A DNA stretch of 64,000 nt, from positions 1 through 64,000 of the forward strand of contig RBZT01000373.1 in assembly GCA_003693705.1 (NCBI GenBank), written 5' to 3'. Positions within the stretch are counted from its first letter, which is position 1. Each line of letters starts with the position of its first letter. Shown here piece by piece: positions 38,601 through 50,441 of the stretch. The notes beneath the pieces were generated by a model. That model saw only the letters and a list, made by a program, of their open reading frames with translations. It did not search any database and was not told the origin of the DNA. The DNA is from Polymyxa betae A26-41 (lineage: Eukaryota > Protista > Endomyxa: Phytomyxea). The position numbers and the translations under genes were made by a program.

Positions 38601-38949
38601 TTTGATGTGATTGAATCAGTGCTCCATGTTGAGTGCAACTCGTGAACAAAGTGATTAAAGAATCCAGCGTTGGATGAAATACATGTTGGTATTTACAGCG
38701 TATAGTAGATAAAATGTCAGTAATTAGAGTTAAAAGCTTGATGTCGTCATGCTCATAGACCTCGAAAAGAACAGTTAGAAATCTAATCTGTTTCGTTAGT
38801 CGGATCTCAAGTCCTAAGCTGAAACCATCAGCAATTGATTTCCAGAGATCTTCATTGAACCGTTGCAATGATTTCTTATTAGTGACTTCCTCATATGCTT
38901 TATACAGTCTCTGACTGGATTCAAGATCTACGTCAGGCTGGATATGCAT
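35638..38949 (-). CDS. URB2: Nucleolar pre-ribosome factor URB2/Npa2-like
   Basis: 1103-aa helical ORF ending GVMSLFDI..LDAASQALFHTCHKEFLRTYKYYGK, the Urb2 C-terminal pattern. Confidence 0.8.
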   Translation of the reverse strand: MHIQPDVDLESSQRLYKAYEEVTNKKSLQRFNEDLWKSIADGFSLGLEIRLTKQIRFLTVLFEVYEHDDIKLLTLITDILSTIRCKYQHVFHPTLDSLITLFTSCTQHGALIQSHQTFIGSVLDYINQLLSNQPSRKSFELVCNKMLIPWASIRSRLDDCSAIDNMISLYLFPQSMINEFRSSHVQHDAEEPKKPRFQSYTLKLFTNLHQIPVVIPTLFKHYLQSSQKHHTQDDVSESKRYSADMNISLAFLEVIAESSSSDEQLILFESMFAMIHEHRLYHPNRDVSNMQRSKFISFLDSIIGVSNPKLAFSAIAALLRIDHLFIEDRLVVIWKLIEAHQEEHFSKRLATDIVTAYTDLRQIRVAFQSFLQSSINLRLSALVPATLFFRIPALQLSLLIDAILQKLDTNVNPIAVADIIITVLDNMREQIPDNYEQIVNTLNHCSQLPLDQRISVYTAARRTRSRRNLITLLPDQVTELPFDFLSDLDHVDRDLLVSYDDLTPGILSAVVYCLDDIHCRSLSSSYNAGKELVQHLLKCTTSDNWCLVSAHIELLLSFADSESIDLIANFITRDNLQLLLRHPPLLENRHLRRSLALCLQRSICDQPALIDSLSQLPADYLDDQVMGPVSAVIFSNISPDHQIWVRVACLKEWPLMKLEADVLLSWLMSSSLAKTLLKLILSQRLSELVATSVRHISDIDLLCVVVEAIIDHLHYKNLTCTEAFYRPIDHIREQKPTFVINDEFYSAIDMIVDRLPQEWNDQSVLKLISLLLRFQALSSSEFVKTRSVFLTSIVDRIPALIDFVQNGSPSESNRLFMASIASVMRSINNPQLCLDILCQWLIRDPYPEICSAFCEASKSSDFEAMIVFFRPHLASSNNAIIVLSHLLNHIRYRTGHCRVIEKHLTSLINGLSSAIGQGINDAVDALFVIVNHLQSVKLSVHQSALIISAVHPVMSRLQQSDKLSSVSRLMFALVRYRHESMVPSLPVFCEHLIRLFRDTLQSKSSNANLVDNISRVFVELSRLQAAVPLSSRLIAEYFRAMALKPILNVEERQAATQGVMSLFDIADREQIQAAFGVLDAASQALFHTCHKEFLRTYKYYGKS

Positions 38950-39220
38950 ATCTGCAACTGTACATTCTCAGATGCAGGTCATTCCATCTTCTCGGACTGC
39001 GGGACCCCCGTTCCAGAATTTTCGATTTAAAAGTTCAATTTTTTGTCTAAAAAACCTTGTTGGTTTCAAACAATTTGTCGCCGGTAACTAATAGAAACGA
39101 TTGGCATAACTCGCTGGAAAGACTGATTGAAATAAACTATGAATTATCATAGGGTACGGAACACGATCGACCTATTTTCGGTGCCAATTGCTACAGTAGC
39201 TGGCTCCAGCTCCGGCCTCT

Positions 39221-42200
39221 ATGGAACAACATGGGCCTGGTCCGACTCTCGCTGACATATCCAATTCGGTTGCATATACAATACTCGACGATTTAGAAAG
39301 TCGCGGCGTCCTAACATCTGCCCAAGTTCAAACCTATAAAACCAAATATGCACAGCTACACGAAATCGTCTTGGAAACCTACGAGAATGAGAAAATTTTG
39401 TTGGCGAAAGCCAAGCAAATGAACCTGGACTGGATCGACAGGAAAAAGAAACTCGACAAGAAGATCGCGGATCGGTTGGACTTCATCGATAAGATCCAGG
39501 ACCTGAAGACGCATCATGAGCAGCGATCCGCCGAGGTCGGCACCGCTGATGCCGCTTGATCGCCTATTAAAATAGCCATAGGTTGCCAGCCTCGAGGAGC
39601 AGGGAGGCCTTCATAACTATGAATTGGAGGAGTTAGAGAGGACCAAAGTTGACCTCGTAGAAGACATGGAGATTAGACGTAAAGAAAGTGAGACGTTAAC
39701 GTTACCTGTCCTAGAACGACTCCGAAACAATATCAAAGAGATTCAGGTGAGTATTGCATTACATTCTGTCGATGACCTCCACCATTTTCTTAATAATAAG
39801 CTTGGCTCTAACATTTCGACACAATGATTCAAGGTTGCAGCTCAGGCTCTCACATCGACATAGGCTGAAATTGTGGCTCATGAAGATGCTACGCAGAAAG
39901 AAGCCAAGTTCAAGGAAGAATATGGGCAACGGCTGGTTCAGCTAAAAGCGGACAGTGAGGTAAACTAACGATGTGATTCTACTACTATGCCTCTAATGAA
40001 TTGTGCTTAGTCATTAGAGAAAGAGAAATACCAGTACCAAGTGGAATTGAATCGAGCCAAAATTAATCCCGAACGGATCAAGGCTCAGATTGAAATGTCC
40101 CAGAAAGCTATAACTGGTTTAACAGCGCAAGGGCAGTTCTTGTCACAAGAAATTGACAAGCTGAATGAGGTTGATATGCCCAGATAGGATTGCTCTCTTT
40201 CTAATGTCGATAGGAATATGAATCTATTAGCAATGAGAAAAAGAAAGTTGGGTCAGCTCAACTGGAAGCGATGTTCAACTTGGAGAAGATTCGCAAAGAG
40301 GTTTGGAAAGCTGAACGCACCCTTAGTGAGACATCAAAGCAACTTGAGAACGAGAAGATTCGGTATCAAGAAAAATTAAGCCAAAAGCTGGAGCTTGAAA
40401 CCAGCAATAATCACATGAAATCACGAATTAGGCTGGAATTGAATCATGTCGGTAAATTGTAAGTCCAAGGTATTTGTTATTGATTTGCGAATAAAATGTT
40501 GCGGACAGGAAGAAGTCGCTTGATGAATTGAAGCGACGTTTTGAAAAAACCAGACGAAAAAGAGATGCTATTAACAGTGTGATCGGTCCTCTTCGGGATA
40601 CACGGATTGCCCAAGGACATCAGTTAGCAGTGATAGAGGCGCAGGTAAACTCGTCTACGTAACGTCTAATTTTGCTCTAAAGTTTACTTCTAGACTAAAG
40701 AGAATCTTGCCGCCGTGGAGGAGTTACAAGCCGATATAGATATCCTGATATCACAATTCTTACGTGAAGAGAAGACAGATAGTATAGCTGAGAGCAAACT
40801 CAAAGAGTATCACGACATCAATGCAAACCTGGAGGAAGGTCTTAGGCACTCTATGAAGAAAGAAAAGTAATGCATGCATACCATGTGTTTTTCTTTTTAA
40901 GAATTTTACTTGACAGGGAACTGAAAGGGCTAATTCGCGATATGAGCTCGAAACGAGATGTGATGTCAAGAGACACCGCAAAGGCAGCTGGGGATTACAA
41001 AGCTATTAAGGAGGAACTCAAAGTGAAAGATTTGATAATGCTTGATTTGAGTAAGAAGGTACTCAGTTGTATTCTGGATCATACATTGTTTTTTATGACT
41101 ACTGAAGGTGTCGGATGTGAAAGCGCGCCTTCAAGAATGCTCTGTCATGTACGATCTCATCAAGAATCAACGGAATAAATTCGCTAACCTCACTCAAGCT
41201 TGCAGTCAGGTGATTTCACTCCAAAAGTCGCTTTAAATGCTGAATGCTGCAGGAATTCGCTGAGATGAAAGAAAAAATCAAAATTTTACAAAATGAAGTC
41301 GAAATTCTTCGAGCCGAATCTGCAGCAAAAGAGAAAAGTCTGGCAGACGAAGCTCGGGTTTTGCAAACGGCACAAACCACAAGAGATGCGATGAGGTGAG
41401 TGTTTATTTTTTCAGTTTTGAATTCAGTAACTCAGAGTATCCCAAGACTGGACCAATCTAAGCTTAGAATGAAATACAAAGCTAAAAACATTGAATCAGA
41501 AAGGCAACAAATTGAGGTTAAGAAACTTAATCAAGCCATTGCAGCAGCGGAAAAGGAAATGAATCGAATGAGAACAAGTTTTGCTAAAGCAGTTGAAGGT
41601 AAATTGCGGCTTGATTTAGAGGAAGGCAGTGCTGACGCTCTTATAGGCAGAAATTCGACTGGTATCCAATTAGTGGACCGTAATGACGAACTTTGTATTC
41701 TACATGAAAAGTCAAATATTCTTGAGTCAATGCTGAAAGCCGGAGAGAAGAAGTTGGCAGAGATTGACGACGGCTTGCGAAGATCACATTTGGAAATTGA
41801 AGAACTTAACAGGCGAATCCGGACTGCAAAGGAGAATGTAGCTGGAGAGAAGCAGGTGCTTTGAATTTGGTTCCTGCTTTTCCTTGATGAATACGGTGAT
41901 AGGTTGCTTCCCTTCGTGCTGGGATTGCAGATATTACTGCAAAGATTTCAGAGAGAAGGCAACATATCGCCGACCTCAGCGAAAAATTAGAGACTCCATC
42001 AGCTTGCCAACGACATAGAATTATTTCTGGAGATGACTTGGATGTAAATCAGCTTAATTCGAAAATCGAAGTTCTTCAAGACATTCTCAACGATAAAAAA
42101 GAACAATTGCTAGAAAAGGATTTGGTTTTAGAAGAAGTAATGGACGACAATCCGAAGTTGCATGTCATTGGAATTTTTACTCTGCAAACAGGTCGGCACC

Positions 42201-42865
42201 TTAAGTGATAAGCTAAAGATTAAAGCAGCGGAGGGCCACGATAAAACCTCATCGTTAGCTAATGAACTGAATCAATGCCAAGATATCATCAGGAAATTGA
42301 GGCGGAAGATGATGGCGACTGTATCTGAACTTTCAATGTATCAAGCTACAGTCCTTCGTGTAAGTTTATAGAAGGTAAGTGTTCAGATCCAGAATTAAAA
42401 TATTTCAGATGGAGAAAGAGAAGCTTGAGAAAGAAGCTGAGTTGGCCCAACAACAAAATCTTTTAGAGCAAGGTTCCTACTGAAGTTACGCCTAGCTACT
42501 ATGCATTGAGAATTTGTTGATAGGATTAGCACCATCAGAAGCTGCCGAACAGGAATGGTACCGTATGGAGCGCGAACGTATTCGCCGTCGAGACGAGTTG
42601 TTGCATCCTGAACGAACACATCCGAACGATTTCCATTGGCGACAGCAAGAGGTTGTAGAATTCATCTTTATATGGAACTGAATATGAATGACAGGTTTCA
42701 TAGGGGAAACTGAAAACGATGGCGGAACCTCGACCGAACGCCTATGTCTGTGAAGAACTCGGAATCCCGAAGCCATATGGTGGTAATGCTCCATTCAAGC
42801 CAAGCATGCTGGGGGCCAACTTACGTCATATCCAAAAACCCAAGATACGAGAAATCGTAATCTAA
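39221..42865 (+). CDS. CCDC146: Coiled-coil protein CCDC146/MBO2
   Basis: Many coiled-coil exons, [32 protein letters not shown] and [33 protein letters not shown]. Confidence 0.92.
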
Positions 42866-43018
42866 TAAATTAATCTACTCAAATGTTAAAATCAGAGGCA
42901 GTTGTAAATCAGTTTTGGTCAAAGGACTACAGTACAAAAGCCGCCATTCCAAGGGGGCTGCAGCAATCATGTGACGTGCTGATTCATTGGAGGTTCCGGG
43001 CTAACTTACAGTACTGTC

Positions 43019-44673
43019 ATGAAGAATGCCTCTATCATAACCCTGTTGGCTTTGGCATCTTCATCAGCTGCTATTTATGCAAGCATCCTTTATGCCCAAG
43101 GTGCAATTATTTCAGATGATTTGTCTGATACCATTTTTCATATGAATTCTAGCGAGAAAGCCAAAGAAGCAGCCGCTAAAGAAAAAGACACCATCAGACT
43201 CGATTGTCGATGCACTTGAAGTCTTAACCCCTGGGTGATTACCTTAACAGGTCCTTGTCTCTATGTATTCTGACTGAATAAAGTCAGTGTACATCTCTAA
43301 GTACTAGCTATGGTGGCGAGCTTCTGTCCATGGTCGATAAAATAGCAGGCGCTTGTGCTGCAAAGCACGCAGAGGTATAACTTTACTTTTCCCTATCTGC
43401 ATCTAATGTATCTGCAGGGAATTATTGTAACTGTTAGCATGAGTGAAATTCATTTTCAGATTCCAGCTCGAGTTGGTGATATCGTTATATTGACTGCCAA
43501 ATTAACTGCCGCATTTAAATCAAGGTTCTGGTTCAGTTTCAAACAACAATTTTACTGAAATTACGGCAGTATGGAGGTTGAAGTGTTGGTTTACGTCGAA
43601 CACCCGATTACTGGAAAGCAATCGTTCTGCTGCCGTGCCTTGCTCAAGTTTGTTGCGCTTGATCGGAAACGGCGTCCGCGTCCAGTTCATGAATTGATTC
43701 CAGAGACACCTGAAGAGGTCTTTTGCATCCGGCTGTCAAGATAAACACCATTCAATATTCATTAGATCAAAGCGCATCGTGATGCTGTTGCACGAAATGA
43801 GGAATTCAGAAACCGAAAACAGATTCCAGCCGAAGAAATCGATACTCTTTGGAAGGTAACAAATGCGGTCAAAAAGAAAGTTTTATCAACCCGTTTGCTG
43901 TGTTCAGAACCATATAGAAAAGAGTACGAGTTATTTGCCTAAGTCAATGACGACATCGCTTGACGATATGAAGCTGGAGATGACAAAAATCGTGATGCCA
44001 GCCAATGCGAATCCATTAGGAATTCTGTTTGGCGGTCAGGTAATAATACATCCTGAACTATATCCCACTTTTAAGTTCGTTTGTTTTATGTTCAGCTATT
44101 GCAGTGGATGGAGCATGCTGCATATGTATCCGCCTCTCGTTTATGCAGATCTTTGGTACTAACTGTCGGCCTAGACCAGATGTCATTCTTGGTACAGGTG
44201 GGCTGAAGGAAATCTGTTTTTGCAGAAACTGAACAAATTGTAGATCCCGGTGGGCTCAGTCGTTATCATTCGTTGTCAAGTAAACCGAGTATTTATAACG
44301 TCTTTAGAGGTCAGGATATGGAGTCCACAAAATATGAAATTTGAGTTGCATTCTAGATTGGGGTCCGTGTCGAAATGGCAAATTGGTTGAACGGGAACAT
44401 CAAATCATCTGTCCATTGCAATTCCGGATATTTCACATTCGTATCCATCGATGAAAATACCATGCGTCCCAAGGAAATTAAGCATAATGTTGTCGCATCC
44501 AACGATAAAGATAAACTACGCTACATTCAGGCAGACGTATGCTAAGAAATCGCAGATCGAACTTGCTTTAAATTTGGTTTTAGGAGCGCCGCATGCGAAG
44601 AATGGCTACACGAGAACGAAGTCGCAGCACACCGGATCCTTACTTACATCGTTATAGCGTTGCTCAACCCTGA
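43019..44673 (+). CDS. Double hotdog-fold acyl-CoA thioesterase with N-terminal hydrophobic anchor
   Basis: YGGELLSMVDKIAGACAAKH, AFKSSMEVEV, VMPANANPLGILFGGQLLQWME and YFTFVSID. Confidence 0.88.
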
Positions 44674-44795
44674 GCGTGCCTACTATTTCCATCATCAATC
44701 GGAGAGACGTTGATCTGTTTGCATAAACAATTTTGCAGATTCCGGATCGGAATGAGTCATACTGACATCATTTTTCAAACTCGGATTTTTCCAGC

Positions 44796-45408
44796 ATGGT
44801 TGGCGCTTGCTGCTGCTGTGTCTGTCTTATATCAGTTGGTGCGATAGCTTTCATTTACCTTATGGTAGCCTGGCCATCTGTAAACCTGCAACCGAAATTT
44901 CGTATGGAAGGCGTTAATGTAAAAACATTCTCCATGTCGAGAGTCGACCTGGATATATCCTTTGAAATTACCATCACCAATCCGAACAGTTTCAAACTCA
45001 TGCTGACAGATGGATCAGCCGATGTCAGGTACGACATGAATGGTCGCCACATAAATCTGGGGCGCGTTGTCCAATTTCCAACCGTCGAATTGCCTGCTTC
45101 CGATTCTGCAACTTTTCTAGGAGTTCTACCTGTTCAATTGAACGCTACAATGCATGACTTGACGTTTCTATCAGGTATGCTATATTACAAAACTTTCGCA
45201 AGGCAGGGTTAACTGATTACATAAACAAGATGTTTTCGGTCGATGTTCCACTGGCAGAGGATGGGACTTTCTAGCTGAACTCCGATTCTCTGCTGGGGCC
45301 CTGTATTTCCCTTTAACATTGCCTGTGGTGTTTCCAAGAACCAAAGTCCATGTAAATTGCCCTGGTTCCGGGTTGTTTTCCAAATTCAAAAAAACCTTCC
45401 TCAAATAA
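44796..45408 (+). CDS. LEA_2/WHy-domain membrane protein
   Basis: Cys-rich N-terminus, TM helix and ITITNPNSFKL motif. Two exons. Confidence 0.7.
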
Positions 45409-45515
45409 AAAACGTATCGTATGCGAACAGCTCACGTCGCTGGCACGCGCCGAATTATACATTCGACGCTTTGACAAAATGCTTCTTCAGTTGGCCAAGA
45501 AGACTTGAACCAGAC

Positions 45516-45734
45516 ATGATATCGGCTAGGACGACATTGAGATGGAGTTTCTCGCGGGCATTCAAAGTCCCGTATCTGGTCACCGACGAGATTCAGATTG
45601 TTCTGGATTCGCGAAGACGTCATGCGTTGTTCAAGTCAGTGCTTAGAAGACAAATCGACAAAGAACTCAGAATGCATCGTGAATTTCTGGAGCGCATCGA
45701 ACAGAGCGAGCATGATCCAAATAAGAGATCCTAA
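45516..45734 (+). CDS. Hypothetical small basic protein, possibly mitochondrial
   Basis: Arg/Ser-rich N-terminus (MISARTTLRWSFSRAF) and a helical C-terminus. Confidence 0.35.
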   Translation: MISARTTLRWSFSRAFKVPYLVTDEIQIVLDSRRRHALFKSVLRRQIDKELRMHREFLERIEQSEHDPNKRS

Positions 45735-45799
45735 TTCACAACTTGCAGAGCAAGAACAAAATCAAAACTTGAAAAGCTTCAAACTTTCAGTCTGAAATT

Positions 45800-47123
45800 T
45801 CAGTCTGCTTTAATCGATGTCTTGAGTTTAGCGTCGATAATTCGGTTTAACCTTTTAGCGATTTTCGAGTCTGGACCGCCTTCATTAGCGGTAATTGACA
45901 TTCGCAGATCCTTTAGCATAATGCCAAATGAACTAGCTCGAAACGATTCACAGTTCGGGATCGTATCCAGCACCTGAATGAACCGATTCGGGTCTGTAAA
46001 AACATTCGAAATGAGGTCTTTGAATAACCGTCTGGCAGTTTCCTGCCACGTTTCTGGCTCGTGTGTTGTACACAACGATACGACCATTGTGATGGCAATC
46101 CCGCCAGGGCATTTAAAATCGTCAATAGTTCTGACATTCGCTCGACTGAAATAATCAGCTAAACGTTTGCTAAAAATTACGTTCAGCATCGATAAGTAGA
46201 CTACAGCGACCGACAAACAAACCTTCTCAGACATGCTAGAACCGCATTTGTATGAAGCTGGAGTTCCAACGAATTTGAGCATAAATACCGCCAGATACCA
46301 TTCTGAGCACAAATATGAACAGTGAAACGCGAATGATCGTTCATCGAAATGTGGTTAAGGAAAAGTACAAGAGAAATGTATTTTTATAGGAAAGATAAAT
46401 ACCTGGATTAAAGCGGGTGCCATTACAGATTCAACAGCATTTTTATCAGCATGGATTGCATAGAATTGAACAATCTCCAATGATTCCTGAGCAATATCAG
46501 ACTCGCAAGATTTATGGTGAAGGTAGGAGTATACAACCTGTAAGTATATAGATTTAGCGATTAAATCGAGATGTTGATGGGTGATAGCCCATAATAGCAT
46601 CCGGTTCGAGAATCGAGGTTCGCTGCCAACACATCTGAACTACAACATTCAAATCTGATCGTAAAGTATCGTTTCTATGGCAAAAATTGCCTCGCACAGC
46701 CATTGAGCCAAAAACGATGTTTGAAAAGATTCCACATACAGAGTAGAGAGAAGAGATAACTTAAGATCATCAGGGAGAATCTGTATAAATACTGCAAGGT
46801 CTTGCATATCTTCTGATAGATGTGCTTGAATTAATTGCAGAGCCTGATACACGATATCCATTGGGCGGCAGCAAATGTCGAGGATTTCAACCAAGGCGGC
46901 GACGACATCGACATTGACATGTTTATAAAGAATTGGATTAGACCAACTCTCTGTTGATTGTAGAAGCTCACTCTCTATACCGAATTATGGGATCGACAGC
47001 CGATAAGGCGATTTCGTACCTGGACAGTGACCTTGTTTGAGACGATCACGTAGCTGATATACATTGGAATCAAGAATATGTTTAGGATCCAGTTCAGTAT
47101 CATTGTCCGTTAACAGGACCATG
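45800..47123 (-). CDS. Hypothetical multi-exon helical protein
   Basis: Four consecutive minus-strand ORFs with GT-AG boundaries. Confidence 0.5.
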
Positions 47124-47141
47124 ACTACCGGTAGGTATACT

Positions 47142-47487
47142 GAAATCAGAATCAGAATTGGGAATGTCTTGCTAGAGCAGCACAAATTGACGCAATTTCT
47201 TTCATTTAGAAGTTTAGATGCAAGTCATTTGAAATCAAAATTGATTGGGAATGTCTTGCTAGTAGAACAGCACTAATTGACGCAATTTCTTTCATTTAGA
47301 AGTTTAGATGCAAGTCATTTGAAATCAAAATTGATTGGGAATGTCTTGCTAGTAGAACAGCAGTAATTGACGCAATTTCTTTCATTAAATTTTAAATGCA
47401 AGTCATTCCTACCGTATTGAAATCAGAATTGGGACTTGTCTTGCTACCGGTGAAACAGCACGTATTTAATTGGCGCGGTTTTATTTC
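47142..47487. repeat. 90-bp tandem repeat, three near-complete copies plus one degenerate partial copy
   Basis: The unit GAAATCAAAATTGATTGGGAATGTCTTGCTAG...AATTGACGCAATTTCTTTCATT...ATGCAAGTCATTT starts at 47231 and 47321, with variants at about 47142 and 47420. Confidence 0.95.
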
Positions 47488-47571
47488 GAGTGTTCATATG
47501 TCTGTCCGTGACAGTGTACTAACATACGTTCGAAGATCTTCATAAGCTCAAAGTTGATTAGGACAGCCAAG

Positions 47572-48701
47572 ATGACAGGTCTTAGCAAAGAACAGGAATG
47601 CTTAAATTACGTGCAAGCTCACGCTAAGAAAGGTGATCCAGAATCAGGTAATACTTTGGCAAATCCCTTTGATAGTTTATTGAAACATTTGCTGTACGTA
47701 ACTGATTTTGAATATTCTTTTCTTAGGTAGTGAACTTTTGGAAATATGTTTGTCCTTAAATTATTGCTTAATGCTCGATGATAGTGCTTAACGCTATTGA
47801 CGAATTCTGCTCTAAGAACTGGATGATGAATGTTGGCGATGTCAAAGGCCAAATTGTGGAGAAGCAAATCCAAAAGCACAAGCCGAAGGTAACTGCTCAA
47901 AGCACCCGCTAATGTTTGGCTGTTTCAATGAGATCTGCGCGCCCTGCGATCTTCAGCTTTTATTCAGTATTGTTTAGGTGATTGTTGAAATCGGCGGTTA
48001 CTGTGGCTATAGCGCCGTTCGTTTCGCCCATTTACAGCGCCAGCTTGATCCTGATGCAAAGTACTACTCTTTCGAATTCTCTCCAGAGTACGCCAATATC
48101 GCAGCTCAGGTCTGAGAATTATTCATTGTTGTAGAATCCCAATTTTTGAATGTGCTGCTTGCACAGGTCATTTCATTTGCAGGTTTGAGCAATTATGTCA
48201 CGATCAAAGTGGGTCCTTTTGATCAGAACTTCCTGAAATCCGGTCTTCGCCAAGTAGACGTAAGGATTGGATGTTCTTGCTATTCTCTTTATTGACAGCA
48301 CCTATAGATGTTCTTCATTGATCACGCTAAAGAGCTTTATCTGCCTGATGTCAAGCTGATCATCGACAGTGGAACCTTGAAGAAGGTCAGTCGGGTTCAT
48401 CTGCTGCTGAAATAATCCATTATGCATTTCATATCATTTGGAAGCTCTTATTTTGCTATTCCTTTCTGCTTTTTGAGTTCAAATACTTTGTTATACAATT
48501 CAATTCTAAGCTTTGTTGTGGTCGATAAATTTCAACCAGGGATCCGTTATCGTGGCCGATAACATCGTTTATCCTGGCGCCCCTGACTACAAGAAATTCA
48601 TGCAGAACCATTCTCAATTCAAAAGCGAATTGGTTGATACATATCTCGAATACAGTGAAGACCAGAAAGACGCTATCATGTTCTCTGAATACCTGGGCTG
48701 A
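47572..48701 (+). CDS. COMT: Catechol O-methyltransferase-like, cytosolic copy
   Basis: [62 protein letters not shown] and LEY. Five introns. Confidence 0.93.
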
Positions 48702-48940
48702 TCAGAAGGCTCTAACACAATACTGTTCTCATTAAACATTTTGCCACTCGGCTTGCTATCAATGCTTGCATATCGCCTTGGTCCGGTTTATCCTACTATC
48801 CAGTAAAGTTATGTGCAGGTTTCTTCGCACGATGATGCAAGATCATGAGCAGGTCGTGCCATGCACTAAGTATTAACATAATGCATTACAGATAAAGGGA
48901 GAGGCCACACCCGGGTCACTTCATCATTAATCAAATCATC

Positions 48941-50011
48941 ATGTTTATTACACTATTCTACTGCCTCACCTTCGTAGCGGTTAAGGCACACTTTGCTAGA
49001 GCTACTCCTGGACAGCAGATCGAAATTAGCAAGGAACAAGCTCTCCTCGATTATGTATTTGAGAACGCTGAAAAAGGGAACGCCGAATCAGGTCTGATGC
49101 CTTATCCGCTCGATTCGTTTTCGTCCGTCAACCATGCCGACGATTGCTTCTGAGCAGGAATTTTCTGATACGAATCTGGGGCTCATTGAACGTGCGTACA
49201 GTATGGAAAGAAATGGACAATTTCAGCCTCGCGAATCCGATGTTGTTTGTCAGTGATATTAAGGCAATTATCATTGAAGAAGAGATCGCCGAACACAAAC
49301 CAAAAGTACTTTGGTTGCAATTTCCTGCATTTAGTGACTGTTATGTTTATTTGGCGTCAGGTCTTTCATGAACGCTCATCCTAATCATGGTTAACTCAGG
49401 TGATTGTGGAAATCGGCGGCGATTGTGGCTACAGCGCTGTTCGTTTCGCTCATTTGCAACGTCAGCTTGTTCCTGATGCCAAATATGTATCTTTTGAAAC
49501 ATGCCAACAACATGCGGATCTCGTTGCGACGGTATCAGGTTTAATGCTCTAACAATCTATCGCTCATGAATACATTTGTCATAGATTGTTTCATTTGCTG
49601 GATTAAGCAATGTCGTAGATATCCAGGTGGGCACTTTCACCGAAGATTTCCCACGATCGAGTCTTGGCGAAGTCGATGTATTGAACGCCTGTTATTCTAT
49701 AAAGCAACATTTGATTGTATCCACAGATGTTCATTACGGATCATTCCAAAAGTCGCGATCTGTCTGATGTCAAACTCATCATTGAAAGCGGGACTTTAAA
49801 GAAGGTAAAATTCTTCAAGTCGAAATCGGTTTGTAAATGGCCTTGCTAGGGCAGCGTTATCATTGGCAATAATATTCTATGCCCCAACACATCTGATTAC
49901 AAGGGATTCATGCATGATCATACCGAATTCAAGAGCGAGCTAATGGATACTGTCGCCGAATATTCAGTAGAAAACAAAGACGCTGTTATGATTTCCAAGT
50001 ATATCGGCTGA
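48941..50011 (+). CDS. COMT-like paralog with predicted signal peptide and divergent active site
   Basis: Same five intron positions as the upstream copy, an N-terminal extension MFITLFYCLTFVAVKA and [21 protein letters not shown]. Confidence 0.9.
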
Positions 50012-50441
50012 TTGAATCAGGCGAAATGTCTCCACATCATCCTATGCTCTTATCTTTAAACCGGCTGTTATGGCGTCTTTTGGCATTCATCCGAAGCTAT
50101 CTTCTAGCAGATCGACCTGTGCCAAGTACAATAATAAAGCATTTGTCAATTATTTGGTGGTGTGATCCGGGTAGTATTGAGCAGCAAACAGTTCACTTTT
50201 CTGACGAACGAGGATACAATGTTGGTAAAGCGTTAGTTAGTGGATATGACCAACATCTGGTGATTTGTTTAACAATACAGATCCTAACATTAAAACTGTG
50301 TTCGATACTAAACTGTCTCAAGCTATGAATACGTCAACTCGTTGAGAATCTCTGAACTAAGACATCCTCGAAAGGATTCGTAGAAGATTACAGCAGGAAT
50401 TTTATTCGTACTTGAAATGCTGGCTCAGGCGATCAAGATAG

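Noticed and set aside
47142-47487. CRISPR array
   Set aside because: The units are contiguous with no unique spacers, there are no cas genes, and the context is eukaryotic.
50026-50328. 100-aa ORF after the second COMT copy
   Set aside because: No recognisable motif; probably 3' UTR or intergenic sequence.
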